DNA of 38,255 nucleotides from a virus. Lineage: Duplodnaviria; Caudoviricetes. Where the stretch lies: positions 1 through 38,255 of IMG/VR virus record IMGVR_UViG_3300032243_000178; one strand, given 5' to 3'. The position numbers and the translations under genes were made by a program. Each line of letters starts with the position of its first letter. The stretch's first letter is position 1. The notes beneath the pieces are model-generated. The model did not search any database. It worked only from the letters and a program-made list of their open reading frames with translations, and was not told the origin of the DNA. Of this stretch, positions 1 through 10,124 are shown piece by piece.

Positions 1-3000
1 GCATTAGTCTACGACTTAACCTATGGTGAGACTAGCGGTTGTAATCTAGCAACACAAATTGCAGCTAGAACATACTATACCTACTCAACATTTGTTTATC
101 CTAGCACAGAAAAAGCAGGATGGTTGGCTATTCAAACTCGAGTTAAAGCAATTATCACACAAATTGCTCAAGCGTCGGCAGTTACAGCAACAGCAGGTAA
201 CGTAACATCGCAAGATGTAAGCGGAACAGCAGGTAGTTCAACAGCTGGTACATTTGCACAAGCTCGTGTACAAGAAATCTATGATACAATTAATACAGGC
301 ACAGCACCTACAACAATTGCTCCAAGCACAGCTTGGGTAAGTGCATCATTAGTAGCATCTAGAACTGCATTGAATGCGGCTAAAACAGAAATTCAAACTC
401 ATGCTACTGATTATGTTGCAGTTAATTTCCCAACATTGGTCTATAATATAACAACATGTCAACGTGACGTTGGCTATATGGTTGATGCTCTAGGCTATGA
501 TTTAATGTTTGGCAGCAACTATCTATCAATTCAAAGCGGCATACAATATCAGAAAGCTACAACATCGGCCCAATACGTAGTTGCTAATCAGTTGGCTGCA
601 ACAACAGCAATTATCAACTTCATTGGTGAAAAATCACAGTTCGTTGTTGCTAGTGATCCTGTACAACGTGCAGACGTACTATGGGGCAATATCTTAAGAT
701 ATATAACCAGCGGTGTTCGTCCAATTGTTACTGGTAACAATTCACCGACAACTGATGCTGATATCAAGAACGGCGCACAGATTCTAAGTCTAAACACAGC
801 GTTTATGCAAGCTGAAGCAACTGCTTATATTTCAAATACATTCAAGGCCACAGTCACAGCGGCAACTGCTTCAACAGACACATTTACTTGTAGTACCACA
901 GCGTGGATGGTGGTTGGCGATGCTGTTAGATTTACAGGTTCAGTAGGTGGCGGTGTTTCATTAAACACAACATACTACATTTCAGCAATCGTTGACGGAT
1001 TAACATTCAAACTTAGCTCAGCATTAAATGGCGCAGTATTTGACGTTCCAACAAACTTCAGCGGAACGATGACTGTTAGCTACTACTATTCTGCAGCAAG
1101 ATGTCAAAATGACGTAGCTCAGTATATCAATGCCGTTACCACAGATATGGTTTATACCGGTAACTACAATTCTGTAATGGCGGCACGTTTCTATAGAAAT
1201 GCATTAACTGGTTCTAAACTAGATGACTTCTATTATGTACGTAATGGTGGTGGTGTTCGTAATCAAACCTTAACAGGCCTAGACGGTAGCTCCGATGGTA
1301 ATACAACTGGCTATCAGTCAGCTCTAACTGCAACAATTAATGCATATGGAACGAAACGTCCACGTGCAGGTGCATATGTTTCCTTAGATCCAGGTTGGGG
1401 TCCAAGTGACAGCAGAGTTTGGGTATCTAGCAAATCTACATACGTACAAAACGTAACAACATTTGGCATCGGCTGCGTTGGACAGAAAATTGACGGTTCA
1501 TTACACGCAAGTGGTAACGATTCTATCGTATCAAACGACTTTACACAGGTATTGTCAGACGGTATCGGTGCATGGGTTACTAACCTAGGTCGTGCAGAAC
1601 TTGTTTCAGTGTTCTCGTACTATAACTACATGGGTTACCTAGCAGAAAACGGTGGTAAGATCCGTGCTACTAACGGTAACAACTCATACGGTACATATGG
1701 TTCTGTTGCAGAATTCATTGACACTAGCGAAACTCCAGTTACTGGATTCGTTACTAACAGACTAGCCGGCGCTGACGTTCGCAACGTATTACTAAGCGGT
1801 GACCAAATTTGGGCCGTTGAATACGGTAACGCAGGTTCTTCATATACATCAGCAACATACAGCTTCTCAGGAGCAGGTAACTTTGCAGCAGCAACAGCAA
1901 ATGAATTCCGCGATGGCGCAGTATTCAACGTTAGAACTATTGATCCAGGTGACTCAACAGGTGGTGGTGGTTACAACTACTTGACAAGTTCAAATACTGG
2001 TCAGGGTGGTACAGCTCTAACTGTTACTCTAGCAGCAGCTGATCAACAAAACTCTACAGCTTATGTTGGTATGATGCTTAATATTACTGGCGGTACAGGT
2101 GCTGGACAATACGGTGTTATTTTAGCTTACAGCAATGCAAGTAAAGTTGCCACAATGGTTAAAGATTCATTTACAACTTTAACTGTAACAGCTACAGCGA
2201 TCACTACAAACTTGATCACAGTATCAGGAATTGACACATTGTATTACAATATGCCAATTATCTTAGATACAGCAATTGGTAACTTGCTTGCTAACACTCC
2301 TTATTATGTAATGACTGTGCCAGCAGGAGCAAATATTCCATTAGCCACAGTATCGAGAAGTTCAGCAACGGCTACTATTGTTACTTCAGTAGCACACGGT
2401 CTGTCAACAGGTCAAACTATCAGTGTATACAACACTGGTACAGCATTGGATTCAGACTTAAACAAAGTAATTACTGTAACTAACGCAACAACATTTACAT
2501 ATACATCTGGTGCAAGCGGTACAATTGGTTCTACAGCAGCAACATCAGCTGTAATTACACCTGATTATAAGATCACTGTTACATCAGCACCTAGCGGCGG
2601 CAGTGCATTTGTACTAGCAACAGCTACTGGTACAGTTGGTTTGTATGCAGCAGGTATGGATCACGTGGTTGCAGGAACACCAATCCTAAGTAGTCTAAGT
2701 GTAACAACTGTTTACACAATTACTCCAAGATTGTCATTTACAGCACCTGGATATACTAAATCTACAGCAAGTTTACCTTCAGCGGTAAACTGGACTGACG
2801 GAGTATACGGTGATGCATACGGTTCTTACACCAGCGTTTCAGCTACAGGTGGTAGCGGAAGTCTAGCAACATTTGATGTGGTTAGAAGAAACGGTGTTTA
2901 TACAGTAACTCCTAATATTCCAGGTGTACTATATGTAGTAGGAAACACATTAACAATCGCAGGTACAAGTCTAGGTGGTACAAGTGCAAACAACATCACT

Positions 3001-6000
3001 GTAACTGTAACAGGTATTGTTACAGGTAGTTCTGGTGTAAGCACAATTACCTACACAGGTACTCCAATTGCTCCTAAATATGTTGCAATTTCAAACGGTA
3101 CAACTGCTGGAGCAACAAGCACAGACGGTGTTACTTGGACCGCACAAACATTACCAACTACCGCAGCAACAGCTATCGAATACGGTGTTGTTGCCAACGT
3201 AGGTTACTGGGTAATTGTAGCTACAGGATCAACAGCCTACTACTCAACAGATGGTATTAACTGGCAGTCGGGTGGTATTGGATCTACAAATAACTGGTCT
3301 GATATTGTCTATGCAAACGGTAAATTCACAGCGATTGCTCCAATTAATACAGTTTCAGCACAACGTTCTGTAACTTCAAACGGTGGCGCTACATGGAACA
3401 ATGGTGTATTAACAACTGGTGCAAATGCTATTGCAGGAAGTGTATTTAGATTTGTCACAGTGCAAGGTTCTGCAAGTGGTGCAACCAGTAACAGCGTATC
3501 ACATTCAGTAGACGGTACTACATGGTTAACTTCAACATTACCAAGTGTTGCTAACTGGGTCGATGTTACATTTGGTAACGGTCGCTTTGTTGCAATCGCT
3601 GATAGCTCACAAGAAGGCAAAGGCAAAGCAGCTTACTCATTAGATGGTATTACTTGGTATGCAAGTTACTTGCCAGATAATCAGCAATATACCAGCATCC
3701 AGTATGCACAAGGTCTATTCCATGTAGTTGGTGCAAATCATTATGGTGCAACAAGCCCAGATGGTATTAACTGGACTACAAGAAACACATCATTAACAAA
3801 CGTAACTGTTACTTCGACAGCAAAAGATACAACTGCTGCCACATATACAGCATTGACATTGCCGACTAATGCATACTGGCAAGATGTGATCTGGGACGGT
3901 GCCAAGTTTATCGCAGTTGGACATGACAACAGTGCAGCAGCGTACGGTGCAAGTTCAGCAGACGGTATTACATGGTCATCAGTTACATTACCACTAGTAT
4001 CATCAACATACAGTTACTCAGCAATTGCATATAACGGCTCGACCAAATATGTTGCCCTAATTGCAGACACACGTCATATTGCTAGTTCAAGCGATGGTAC
4101 AACATGGGCTGGAACTATCAATGCTATTCCAACAGCAGGCGGTTGGTCAGACATGATATTTGCAGGCGGCAAATTTGTTGCAGTCAGCGGCGCCCAAAAT
4201 CGTACAGCATATTCAACAGATGGTGTTACATGGTTAAACGGCACAATTTCAGCTAGTGCTTCAGAGTACACAAGTATTGCCTACGGACAACCAGCTGCTA
4301 CTGCTTACTATGTTGTAGTTGCTGGTCTAACAGCTACTAGCCAATATAGTGCTTATTCAACAGATGGCGTTACATGGACTGCCGGCACAACAATGCCAAG
4401 TGCAGATCTATGGAGTTCTGTAACATACGGTGGCGGCAAATTCGTTGCAGTAGCAGGTAATGCAACAACAGCAACAACCAAAGCAGCATACAGCTCAAAC
4501 GGTACAACATGGGCAGCGGCTACATTGCCAAGCGGCAGATGGACCAAGGTTATCTACGGTGGCGGCGCATTTACAGCCTATGCTTATAACAACACAGCCA
4601 CAGCTTACTCAACAGACGGTATTACTTGGGTAGCAGGTGCTAACTTACCAGTTGCAAGAAACTGGGTAGCAGCCGCTTACGGTAATAATAGAAACGTTGT
4701 TCTTCCTGGATTCCCATATGGTGCAACCCCAGGAACAATTATCAATGCTGGTGCGCAATTGAACTTTGTCTTAGACACTAACTATCTAACCCTAACAACA
4801 CCTAGCTCATTGCTAGAAATTGGTCAGAAGATTAGATTTACACCTGGTACAGAAATCGGTGGATTAACATCTGCGATCTACTACTTTATTGTAGCAGTAA
4901 ACGGAACTACACAGTTCTCAGTATCGTTAACCAAAGGTGGTTCAAAAGTTGTACTAAGCTCTGCTACAGGCACAATGACTGGTGCGGTAAGCAATAACTG
5001 GCTAGCACAGGCATTTGGTAACTACAACGGTACAGGCATTTATGTAGCATTACCGAACAATGGTGGACAAAAAGCTCTAACAGTTAGCACTGGATCTCGA
5101 ACATTAGCTAGAGCATACGTAACTGGATCAGGTAGCACAACTATTATCGGTGCTATTTGGATTAGAGAACCTGGATCAGGCTACACAGTAGCTCCAACAA
5201 TGACAATTACAGATCCTAACAACACTGGTATAGATGCTCCAGTGACTGTAAGAATTGGTAACGGTGCATTAGCTCAACCAACATTTACTAACAGAGGTAC
5301 AGGCTATGCATCAGCAAGCTCTTCAATCGTTGGTAACGGTTATGCTGATAACTACCAGTTAGGTAACTACATTGGTTTCACTGGATTGACAAGTATTCCA
5401 GTTGCTGGTTCAAACGTACAGATCTTAGGTATTGACAAGATTTGGTACAGACTAGTAACTGTAACCGGTCTAAAGATAGACAGTCAAACTGGTCTATACT
5501 CAGCTACTCTGCAGATCAGTCCTAAGATTGGTAATGCAGAAGCTCCAGAGCATCTAACTCCAGTAACAATTAGACGTAGATACAGTCAAGTTCGTCTAAC
5601 AGGACATGACTTCTTGAGCATTGGTACAGGAAACATTGTAAACACTAACTACCCAGGATTACCACTACAATCTGCTACTCCAAGTACAGAAACAGTTAAT
5701 TCGGGTGGTGGTCGTGTGTTCTACACAAGTACTGACCAAGACGGTAACTTTAGAGTTGGTGGTTTGTTCAACGTCGAACAGGCAACTGGTGTAGCAACTC
5801 TAAACGCAGACGCATTTAACATTGCAGGTTTGAATCAGTTGAGTTTGGGTTCAGTAGCATTAGGCGGCACAGGTGCTGTTATTACTGAATTCTCAACAGA
5901 CCCATATTTCACTCTAAATTCAGACTCTGTAGTACCTACACAGCGAGCAATTAAAGCATATATCACTAGCCAAATTGGTGGCGGTGGTTCACAGTTGAAC

Positions 6001-6153
6001 GTAAATACCCTAACAGCTGGTGTGATTTATATAGCTGGACAAGCAATTAGCACAACTACTTCTGTCCAGATTAATATAAATACTAAGGTGAATTTCAAAG
6101 GTGGTATTGACGGTACTGCACTTGCTTTAAATTACTTTTTATTGAATAATTGA
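1..6153 (+). CDS. Giant modular virion/tail-fibre-like protein (5'-truncated, >2050 aa)
   Basis: Frame is open from base 1 (ALVYDLTYGE...), so the real start lies upstream of the window and TTG at 124 is not the start. T/S/G/A-rich. Contains helical CxRD repeats, a beta-helix-like segment (SNDFTQVLSDGIG...AELVSVFSYY), many SxDGxTW Asp-box/propeller repeats (~3070-4700) and a C-terminal VPTQRAIKAYI motif of phage fibre proteins. Confidence 0.75.
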   Translation, partial: ALVYDLTYGETSGCNLATQIAARTYYTYSTFVYPSTEKAGWLAIQTRVKAIITQIAQASAVTATAGNVTSQDVSGTAGSSTAGTFAQARVQEIYDTINTGTAPTTIAPSTAWVSASLVASRTALNAAKTEIQTHATDYVAVNFPTLVYNITTCQRDVGYMVDALGYDLMFGSNYLSIQSGIQYQKATTSAQYVVANQLAATTAIINFIGEKSQFVVASDPVQRADVLWGNILRYITSGVRPIVTGNNSPTTDADIKNGAQILSLNTAFMQAEATAYISNTFKATVTAATASTDTFTCSTTAWMVVGDAVRFTGSVGGGVSLNTTYYISAIVDGLTFKLSSALNGAVFDVPTNFSGTMTVSYYYSAARCQNDVAQYINAVTTDMVYTGNYNSVMAARFYRNALTGSKLDDFYYVRNGGGVRNQTLTGLDGSSDGNTTGYQSALTATINAYGTKRPRAGAYVSLDPGWGPSDSRVWVSSKSTYVQNVTTFGIGCVGQKIDGSLHASGNDSIVSNDFTQVLSDGIGAWVTNLGRAELVSVFSYYNYMGYLAENGGKIRATNGNNSYGTYGSVAEFIDTSETPVTGFVTNRLAGADVRNVLLSGDQIWAVEYGNAGSSYTSATYSFSGAGNFAAATANEFRDGAVFNVRTIDPGDSTGGGGYNYLTSSNTGQGGTALTVTLAAADQQNSTAYVGMMLNITGGTGAGQYGVILAYSNASKVATMVKDSFTTLTVTATAITTNLITVSGIDTLYYNMPIILDTAIGNLLANTPYYVMTVPAGANIPLATVSRSSATATIVTSVAHGLSTGQTISVYNTGTALDSDLNKVITVTNATTFTYTSGASGTIGSTAATSAVITPDYKITVTSAPSGGSAFVLATATGTVGLYAAGMDHVVAGTPILSSLSVTTVYTITPRLSFTAPGYTKSTASLPSAVNWTDGVYGDAYGSYTSVSATGGSGSLATFDVVRRNGVYTVTPNIPGVLYVVGNTLTIAGTSLGGTSANNITVTVTGIVTGSSGVSTITYTGTPIAPKYVAISNGTTAGATSTDGVTWTAQTLPTTAATAIEYGVVANVGYWVIVATGSTAYYSTDGINWQSGGIGSTNNWSDIVYANGKFTAIAPINTVSAQRSVTSNGGATWNNGVLTTGANAIAGSVFRFVTVQGSASGATSNSVSHSVDGTTWLTSTLPSVANWVDVTFGNGRFVAIADSSQEGKGKAAYSLDGITWYASYLPDNQQYTSIQYAQGLFHVVGANHYGATSPDGINWTTRNTSLTNVTVTSTAKDTTAATYTALTLPTNAYWQDVIWDGAKFIAVGHDNSAAAYGASSADGITWSSVTLPLVSSTYSYSAIAYNGSTKYVALIADTRHIASSSDGTTWAGTINAIPTAGGWSDMIFAGGKFVAVSGAQNRTAYSTDGVTWLNGTISASASEYTSIAYGQPAATAYYVVVAGLTATSQYSAYSTDGVTWTAGTTMPSADLWSSVTYGGGKFVAVAGNATTATTKAAYSSNGTTWAAATLPSGRWTKVIYGGGAFTAYAYNNTATAYSTDGITWVAGANLPVARNWVAAAYGNNRNVVLPGFPYGATPGTIINAGAQLNFVLDTNYLTLTTPSSLLEIGQKIRFTPGTEIGGLTSAIYYFIVAVNGTTQFSVSLTKGGSKVVLSSATGTMTGAVSNNWLAQAFGNYNGTGIYVALPNNGGQKALTVSTGSRTLARAYVTGSGSTTIIGAIWIREPGSGYTVAPTMTITDPNNTGIDAPVTVRIGNGALAQPTFTNRGTGYASASSSIVGNGYADNYQLGNYIGFTGLTSIPVAGSNVQILGIDKIWYRLVTVTGLKIDSQTGLYSATLQISPKIGNAEAPEHLTPVTIRRRYSQVRLTGHDFLSIGTGNIVNTNYPGLPLQSATPSTETVNSGGGRVFYTSTDQDGNFRVGGLFNVEQATGVATLNADAFNIAGLNQLSLGSVALGGTGAVITEFSTDPYFTLNSDSVVPTQRAIKAYITSQIGGGGSQLNVNTLTAGVIYIAGQAISTTTSVQININTKVNFKGGIDGTALALNYFLLNN

Positions 6154-6166
6154 TGGAGAATCGATA

Positions 6167-6496
6167 ATGGCAACAGGATTATTAGGACAGAGCGCATTAG
6201 CAGCTTCTACTTATACTCAAGTATATGTAGTACCAGCTGGCTACTTTTCAGCTCTAAGCATTGCAGTGCTTAACCGTGGTACTACACAGGCTACCGTTAG
6301 AATCGCACTTACCGGAATTGTAGCACCGACATACCCAGGTGATGCAACGTTCATCGAGTTTGATACTATTCTCGGTGGCGGCGGCGTATTAGAAAGAACA
6401 GGTATTATGCTCAGTGCGGGCAAATATGTAGTTGTCTACGCCAACACAGCTAACATTTCCGTTAGCGTGTTTGGTATTGAAACTTCATTAACGTAA
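6167..6496 (+). CDS. Small beta-rich virion-associated hypothetical protein
   Basis: GGAG SD upstream; 109 aa of alternating beta-strand pattern; lies directly after the fibre gene. Confidence 0.7.
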   Translation: MATGLLGQSALAASTYTQVYVVPAGYFSALSIAVLNRGTTQATVRIALTGIVAPTYPGDATFIEFDTILGGGGVLERTGIMLSAGKYVVVYANTANISVSVFGIETSLT

Positions 6497-6510
6497 TTTA
6501 GGAGAAAATA

Positions 6511-6837
6511 ATGGGACGTCAAGTAACATCCTTTGGAACAGATGCAGTTGTTAATAAAACAATTACAACTACGTATACAGCTAACTCAGGCGAAAGAATT
6601 TTTGCCAATGCTTCAGGCGGTGCTTTTACAATCACTTTGCCACCAGCACCAAACGACGGTGACACAATTCAAGTCATCGACGTAGCGGGTATATTTGGTA
6701 CAAACAACGTGACTCTAGCAAGAAATGGTTTAAAAATCCAAAACTTAGCTGAAGATCTAGTATGTAATTTAAACAACGCAGCAATTACAATGATTTATTC
6801 CGGTGCAACATTTGGCTGGGTCTTCATTGGACCATAA
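6511..6837 (+). CDS. Small tail-fibre-type domain protein (adaptor)
   Basis: AGGAG SD; motif FTITLPPAPNDGDTIQVIDVAG..F.TNNVTLARNG..I resembles repeat domains of T4-like proximal long tail fibres. Confidence 0.65.
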   Translation: MGRQVTSFGTDAVVNKTITTTYTANSGERIFANASGGAFTITLPPAPNDGDTIQVIDVAGIFGTNNVTLARNGLKIQNLAEDLVCNLNNAAITMIYSGATFGWVFIGP

Positions 6838-6850
6838 TTAGGAACAAGAA

Positions 6851-7870
6851 ATGACAAAACTATCAGATATTTTGTCTTCAAGAGAAATCAAAGCCAACGA
6901 GCAAAATCTTGAGAAGGGCAGAGTTTGGGTGGTGTCGAATACAAATATGTACAATTGTATATACGATGCTAACAAATACTGCTGGGTATCTCCAGGTTGC
7001 GGCACACTAACCATGGAAGTATGGGGTGCTGCTGGTTCCGGTTCAAGAATGTGTTGCTGCGGATTTGGATTACCTGGAAATGCTCCAGGATACACCAAAA
7101 AAACTATTGCAGTTTATTGCGGCAGTTGGATTTGTGCTTGCCCAGGAATGCCATGTAGTGCCGGTAGCTTATGCTTTGACGGCTGCGGTGTTCCAAGCTA
7201 CTTACAGTGGGGACAGGCTAGAGATCTCTGTGGATATCAAACCGGATGCTTATGCGCAGGTGGTGGCCGTGGAGGCACATCAATCTGCTCAACAGGAACT
7301 TCAGCATACTGCTGTTTCCTATATTGCACATTCTGTACAACACAGTTACCAAACGCAAACTGCGGTATTGTATGTAATCATTGCCCAGGCGGCTATATTG
7401 GCTGCGGTTATGGCGGTGACGTTAACTGTTGTGGCGGTATTAGCTACGTGGCATTCAAAGGTTGCTTACCATTATGCCCATGCCAATCAGAAACTTATTT
7501 GGCAGCATCTCCAGGAATCTACGGTGAAAAAGGTGCGTTCCTAGTTTATCAACCAGAATCTGATCCAGAATACGATCAATGGTCTGGTGCTGGTAAGATG
7601 GGATCAATGCATGCTACAGCACACACATCAAGATGGCCAGGTGGTGGTATTGGTTGGCAAGCATGTTACTCAGGTCAACAGACCTGTGGATGCTACGAAT
7701 CAGTTGGTTGCTATATGTATATGCCTTATGGCGTTGGTGGTGTTCAATCATTCCCATGCCCAGACGTTCGTGATATGGGCAAGCGTGGCGGTTCAGGTGC
7801 TATTAGATTAACCTATAGAGGTAGTAATAGCTACGGTCAAGTTTGTGGAAGATTGGGAGGTTACGGTTAA
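6851..7870 (+). CDS. Cys-rich Gly-rich-domain protein, paralog 1
   Basis: AGGA SD; 35 Cys in 339 aa (hand count); motifs NLEKG, EVWGAAGSGSRMCCCG, GYGGDVNCCG, RGGSGAIRLTY. Confidence 0.85.
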   Translation: MTKLSDILSSREIKANEQNLEKGRVWVVSNTNMYNCIYDANKYCWVSPGCGTLTMEVWGAAGSGSRMCCCGFGLPGNAPGYTKKTIAVYCGSWICACPGMPCSAGSLCFDGCGVPSYLQWGQARDLCGYQTGCLCAGGGRGGTSICSTGTSAYCCFLYCTFCTTQLPNANCGIVCNHCPGGYIGCGYGGDVNCCGGISYVAFKGCLPLCPCQSETYLAASPGIYGEKGAFLVYQPESDPEYDQWSGAGKMGSMHATAHTSRWPGGGIGWQACYSGQQTCGCYESVGCYMYMPYGVGGVQSFPCPDVRDMGKRGGSGAIRLTYRGSNSYGQVCGRLGGYG

Positions 7871-7872
7871 AA

Positions 7873-9129
7873 ATGTCAACATTAACACAATTATTAGGTA
7901 ATCGCGAACTAGCGTTTGAAGATAACTTAGAAAAAGGTCGTATCTGGGTTTACTCAGACGGCAACATGTATTCTGGTTTTTGTAATGGCTTCTGCTGGAA
8001 GCCGCCAGGTTGTGGTATTGCAACGATTGAAGCATGGGGCAGCGGCGGATCCGGCGCTAAGATGTGCTGTTGCGGTGCTAGCGTTTCTGGAAATCCAGGC
8101 GCTTATGTTAAAAAGACTATTTGCGTATGCCCAACAAACTATGTTTGCGGATATGTAGGTCGTAGCTGTAACAATGCTGACTCACTATGTTTCCGTGGTT
8201 GCTCAGAAGCAAGCTGTGTATGCTGGTATGGCTGTTCACAGTTATCATTGTTTGAATCAGGCATGCAGCCAAAATGTCAAGAATCATGGAAAGGCAATAA
8301 CCCATGGGGTTGGGGCAATAGCTCAGGCGATCCGATCGCTGCTACAGCAGTTAACTCTCCGATGCAGTCTTATATCGGTGATACTATGGGTAACAAAGGT
8401 AGTAGCACACAAGCCAGTGGTGCAGCATGTACAGACTCATGCTTCAGTACATGCTGTGCTAGTGCTGTCTGCGGCGGCTCATTTACCAACGGTTGCTTAT
8501 GCGCTCAAGGCGGCAAAGGCGGCCTATCATACTGTATGGACGATAAGTCAGCTTATCAGTGTTTCATCACAGGCGGTCATTGCGGTTCAAGAGTAGGCCC
8601 AAGACATAATATGTGCGATCCAGGACACAGCGGTTGCGGTATTATCTGTAACATGTGTAACGATGGTGGCGGTATTGGTTTTATCGCTTGTGGCTACGGT
8701 GGTGATGTTAACTGCTGTGGTAGCTTTTCATGTTCAGGATTCTTTGGTTGCTTACAAACATGTCCTTGCTTGCACGTTTATACACATGCTGGTCCCCCAG
8801 GTCAATTCTCAACAGAAGGTGGTCTAACATCGTATACACCAGAAGCTGATAGTCCACAGTCTTCATGGGCAGGCAGTGCTAAAATGGGTTCAATGAACGG
8901 TATGATGGCACTAAGCAGACAACCATCAGCAGTTGTACACAATTCTTGTTGGAATAACAACAGAACTTGCGGCTGCTATGAAATGGAAGGTTGCTATCAA
9001 TTCGTACCTTACGGTTGGCCAGGTGCAGGCGCAATGCCATGTCCAGGCGTTCGTGACCAAGCAGGTCGCGGCGGTATGGGTATGGTTAGAATTAAATATG
9101 TTCCAACTGATGGAGGCAATACGTACTAA
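7873..9129 (+). CDS. Cys-rich Gly-rich-domain protein, paralog 2
   Basis: Start moved to ATG 7873 (MSTLTQLL), 2 nt after the previous stop and aligned with the paralog N-termini; 42 Cys in 418 aa; same motifs plus an internal insertion. Confidence 0.85.
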   Translation: MSTLTQLLGNRELAFEDNLEKGRIWVYSDGNMYSGFCNGFCWKPPGCGIATIEAWGSGGSGAKMCCCGASVSGNPGAYVKKTICVCPTNYVCGYVGRSCNNADSLCFRGCSEASCVCWYGCSQLSLFESGMQPKCQESWKGNNPWGWGNSSGDPIAATAVNSPMQSYIGDTMGNKGSSTQASGAACTDSCFSTCCASAVCGGSFTNGCLCAQGGKGGLSYCMDDKSAYQCFITGGHCGSRVGPRHNMCDPGHSGCGIICNMCNDGGGIGFIACGYGGDVNCCGSFSCSGFFGCLQTCPCLHVYTHAGPPGQFSTEGGLTSYTPEADSPQSSWAGSAKMGSMNGMMALSRQPSAVVHNSCWNNNRTCGCYEMEGCYQFVPYGWPGAGAMPCPGVRDQAGRGGMGMVRIKYVPTDGGNTY

Positions 9130-9130
9130 C

Positions 9131-10123
9131 ATGGCAACTTTAAAAGCATTAGTTGAAAAGAAACTAGATCAAATTGATTTTGACGAAACAAATTTAGAAA
9201 AAGGGCAGATCTGGGCTTTTAGTCCAGCTGCTGAATACTCAAACTTTATCGGTGGTTTTTGCTGGATAGCATGCGCCACAGGTAAAATAATCCTAGAGTC
9301 TTGGGGTGCGGGTGGTAGCGGAGCACGTATGTGCTGTTGCGGCCACGGTGTTCCAGGAAATCCAGGTGCGTATGCTCGTAAGTGTGTCTGCGTAGTTGCA
9401 GGTTGCTTTATCTGTGGATATGTTGGCCTAAGCTGTAACAATGCTAGCTCATTATGTTTTAGAGGCTGCTCTGAAGCCACATGTTTATGCTGGTTTGGAC
9501 GTAATCCAAATACAGGTGCTGCTATCAACGGCTGTATCTGTACAGAAGGCGGACGTGGAGGCACAACCTACTGTAATCCATCAGGCGTAATGTTCTGCTG
9601 TTTCGTAGGCGGTAACTTCTGTAACACTAACTATTCAAACGGTACTTGCGGTATTATTTGTAACTATGGTAGTGGTACAGCTAACTGTTGTGCAGACGCC
9701 TACGGCGGAGACATAAATAAACGCGGTGGTTTCAGTTGTGTTACATTCTGGACCTGTTATGGTAACTGCCCATGTTCAACACAATATCACGTAGGAATTG
9801 CTCCAGGATTTTTCTCATGTGATGGTGGTGTTGTTACATATGGTACAGAATCAGATAACGGATTCTCAGAATGGTCAGGCATGGGATATCATCAATTTAC
9901 CCATACATTGAACGGCATGAGCAGAAGTCCACAACGCGGCACACCTTGGACACAATGCTGGAACTCAATGAGAAGCTGCGGATGTTATGATACACAAGGC
10001 TGCTGGCCAATGCTTCCTCCAGGAGCAGGTGGTTTACCAGCAACACCATGCGGTGACGTTCGTGATAACGGATGGCGCGGTGGTTTAGGATTAGTAAGAA
10101 TACAATTTATTTCAAGGACGTAA
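9131..10123 (+). CDS. Cys-rich Gly-rich-domain protein, paralog 3
   Basis: Start moved to ATG 9131 (MATLKALV), 1 nt after the previous stop; 34 Cys in 330 aa; ESWGAGGSGARMCCCG and RGGLGLVRIQF motifs. Confidence 0.85.
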   Translation: MATLKALVEKKLDQIDFDETNLEKGQIWAFSPAAEYSNFIGGFCWIACATGKIILESWGAGGSGARMCCCGHGVPGNPGAYARKCVCVVAGCFICGYVGLSCNNASSLCFRGCSEATCLCWFGRNPNTGAAINGCICTEGGRGGTTYCNPSGVMFCCFVGGNFCNTNYSNGTCGIICNYGSGTANCCADAYGGDINKRGGFSCVTFWTCYGNCPCSTQYHVGIAPGFFSCDGGVVTYGTESDNGFSEWSGMGYHQFTHTLNGMSRSPQRGTPWTQCWNSMRSCGCYDTQGCWPMLPPGAGGLPATPCGDVRDNGWRGGLGLVRIQFISRT

Positions 10124-10124
10124 G

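Noticed and set aside
7843-8933. ORF-track starts at 7843 and 8933 (also 11775, 21347, 24155, 32046, 35576)
   Set aside because: They overlap upstream genes or promoters; downstream ATGs fit paralog alignment, translational coupling or the TAAATA spacing better.
6851-10123. Diversity-generating retroelement or recent duplication behind the Cys-rich paralogs
   Set aside because: No reverse transcriptase in the window and no near-identical nucleotide repeat differing only at adenines; similarity is at the diverged protein level.
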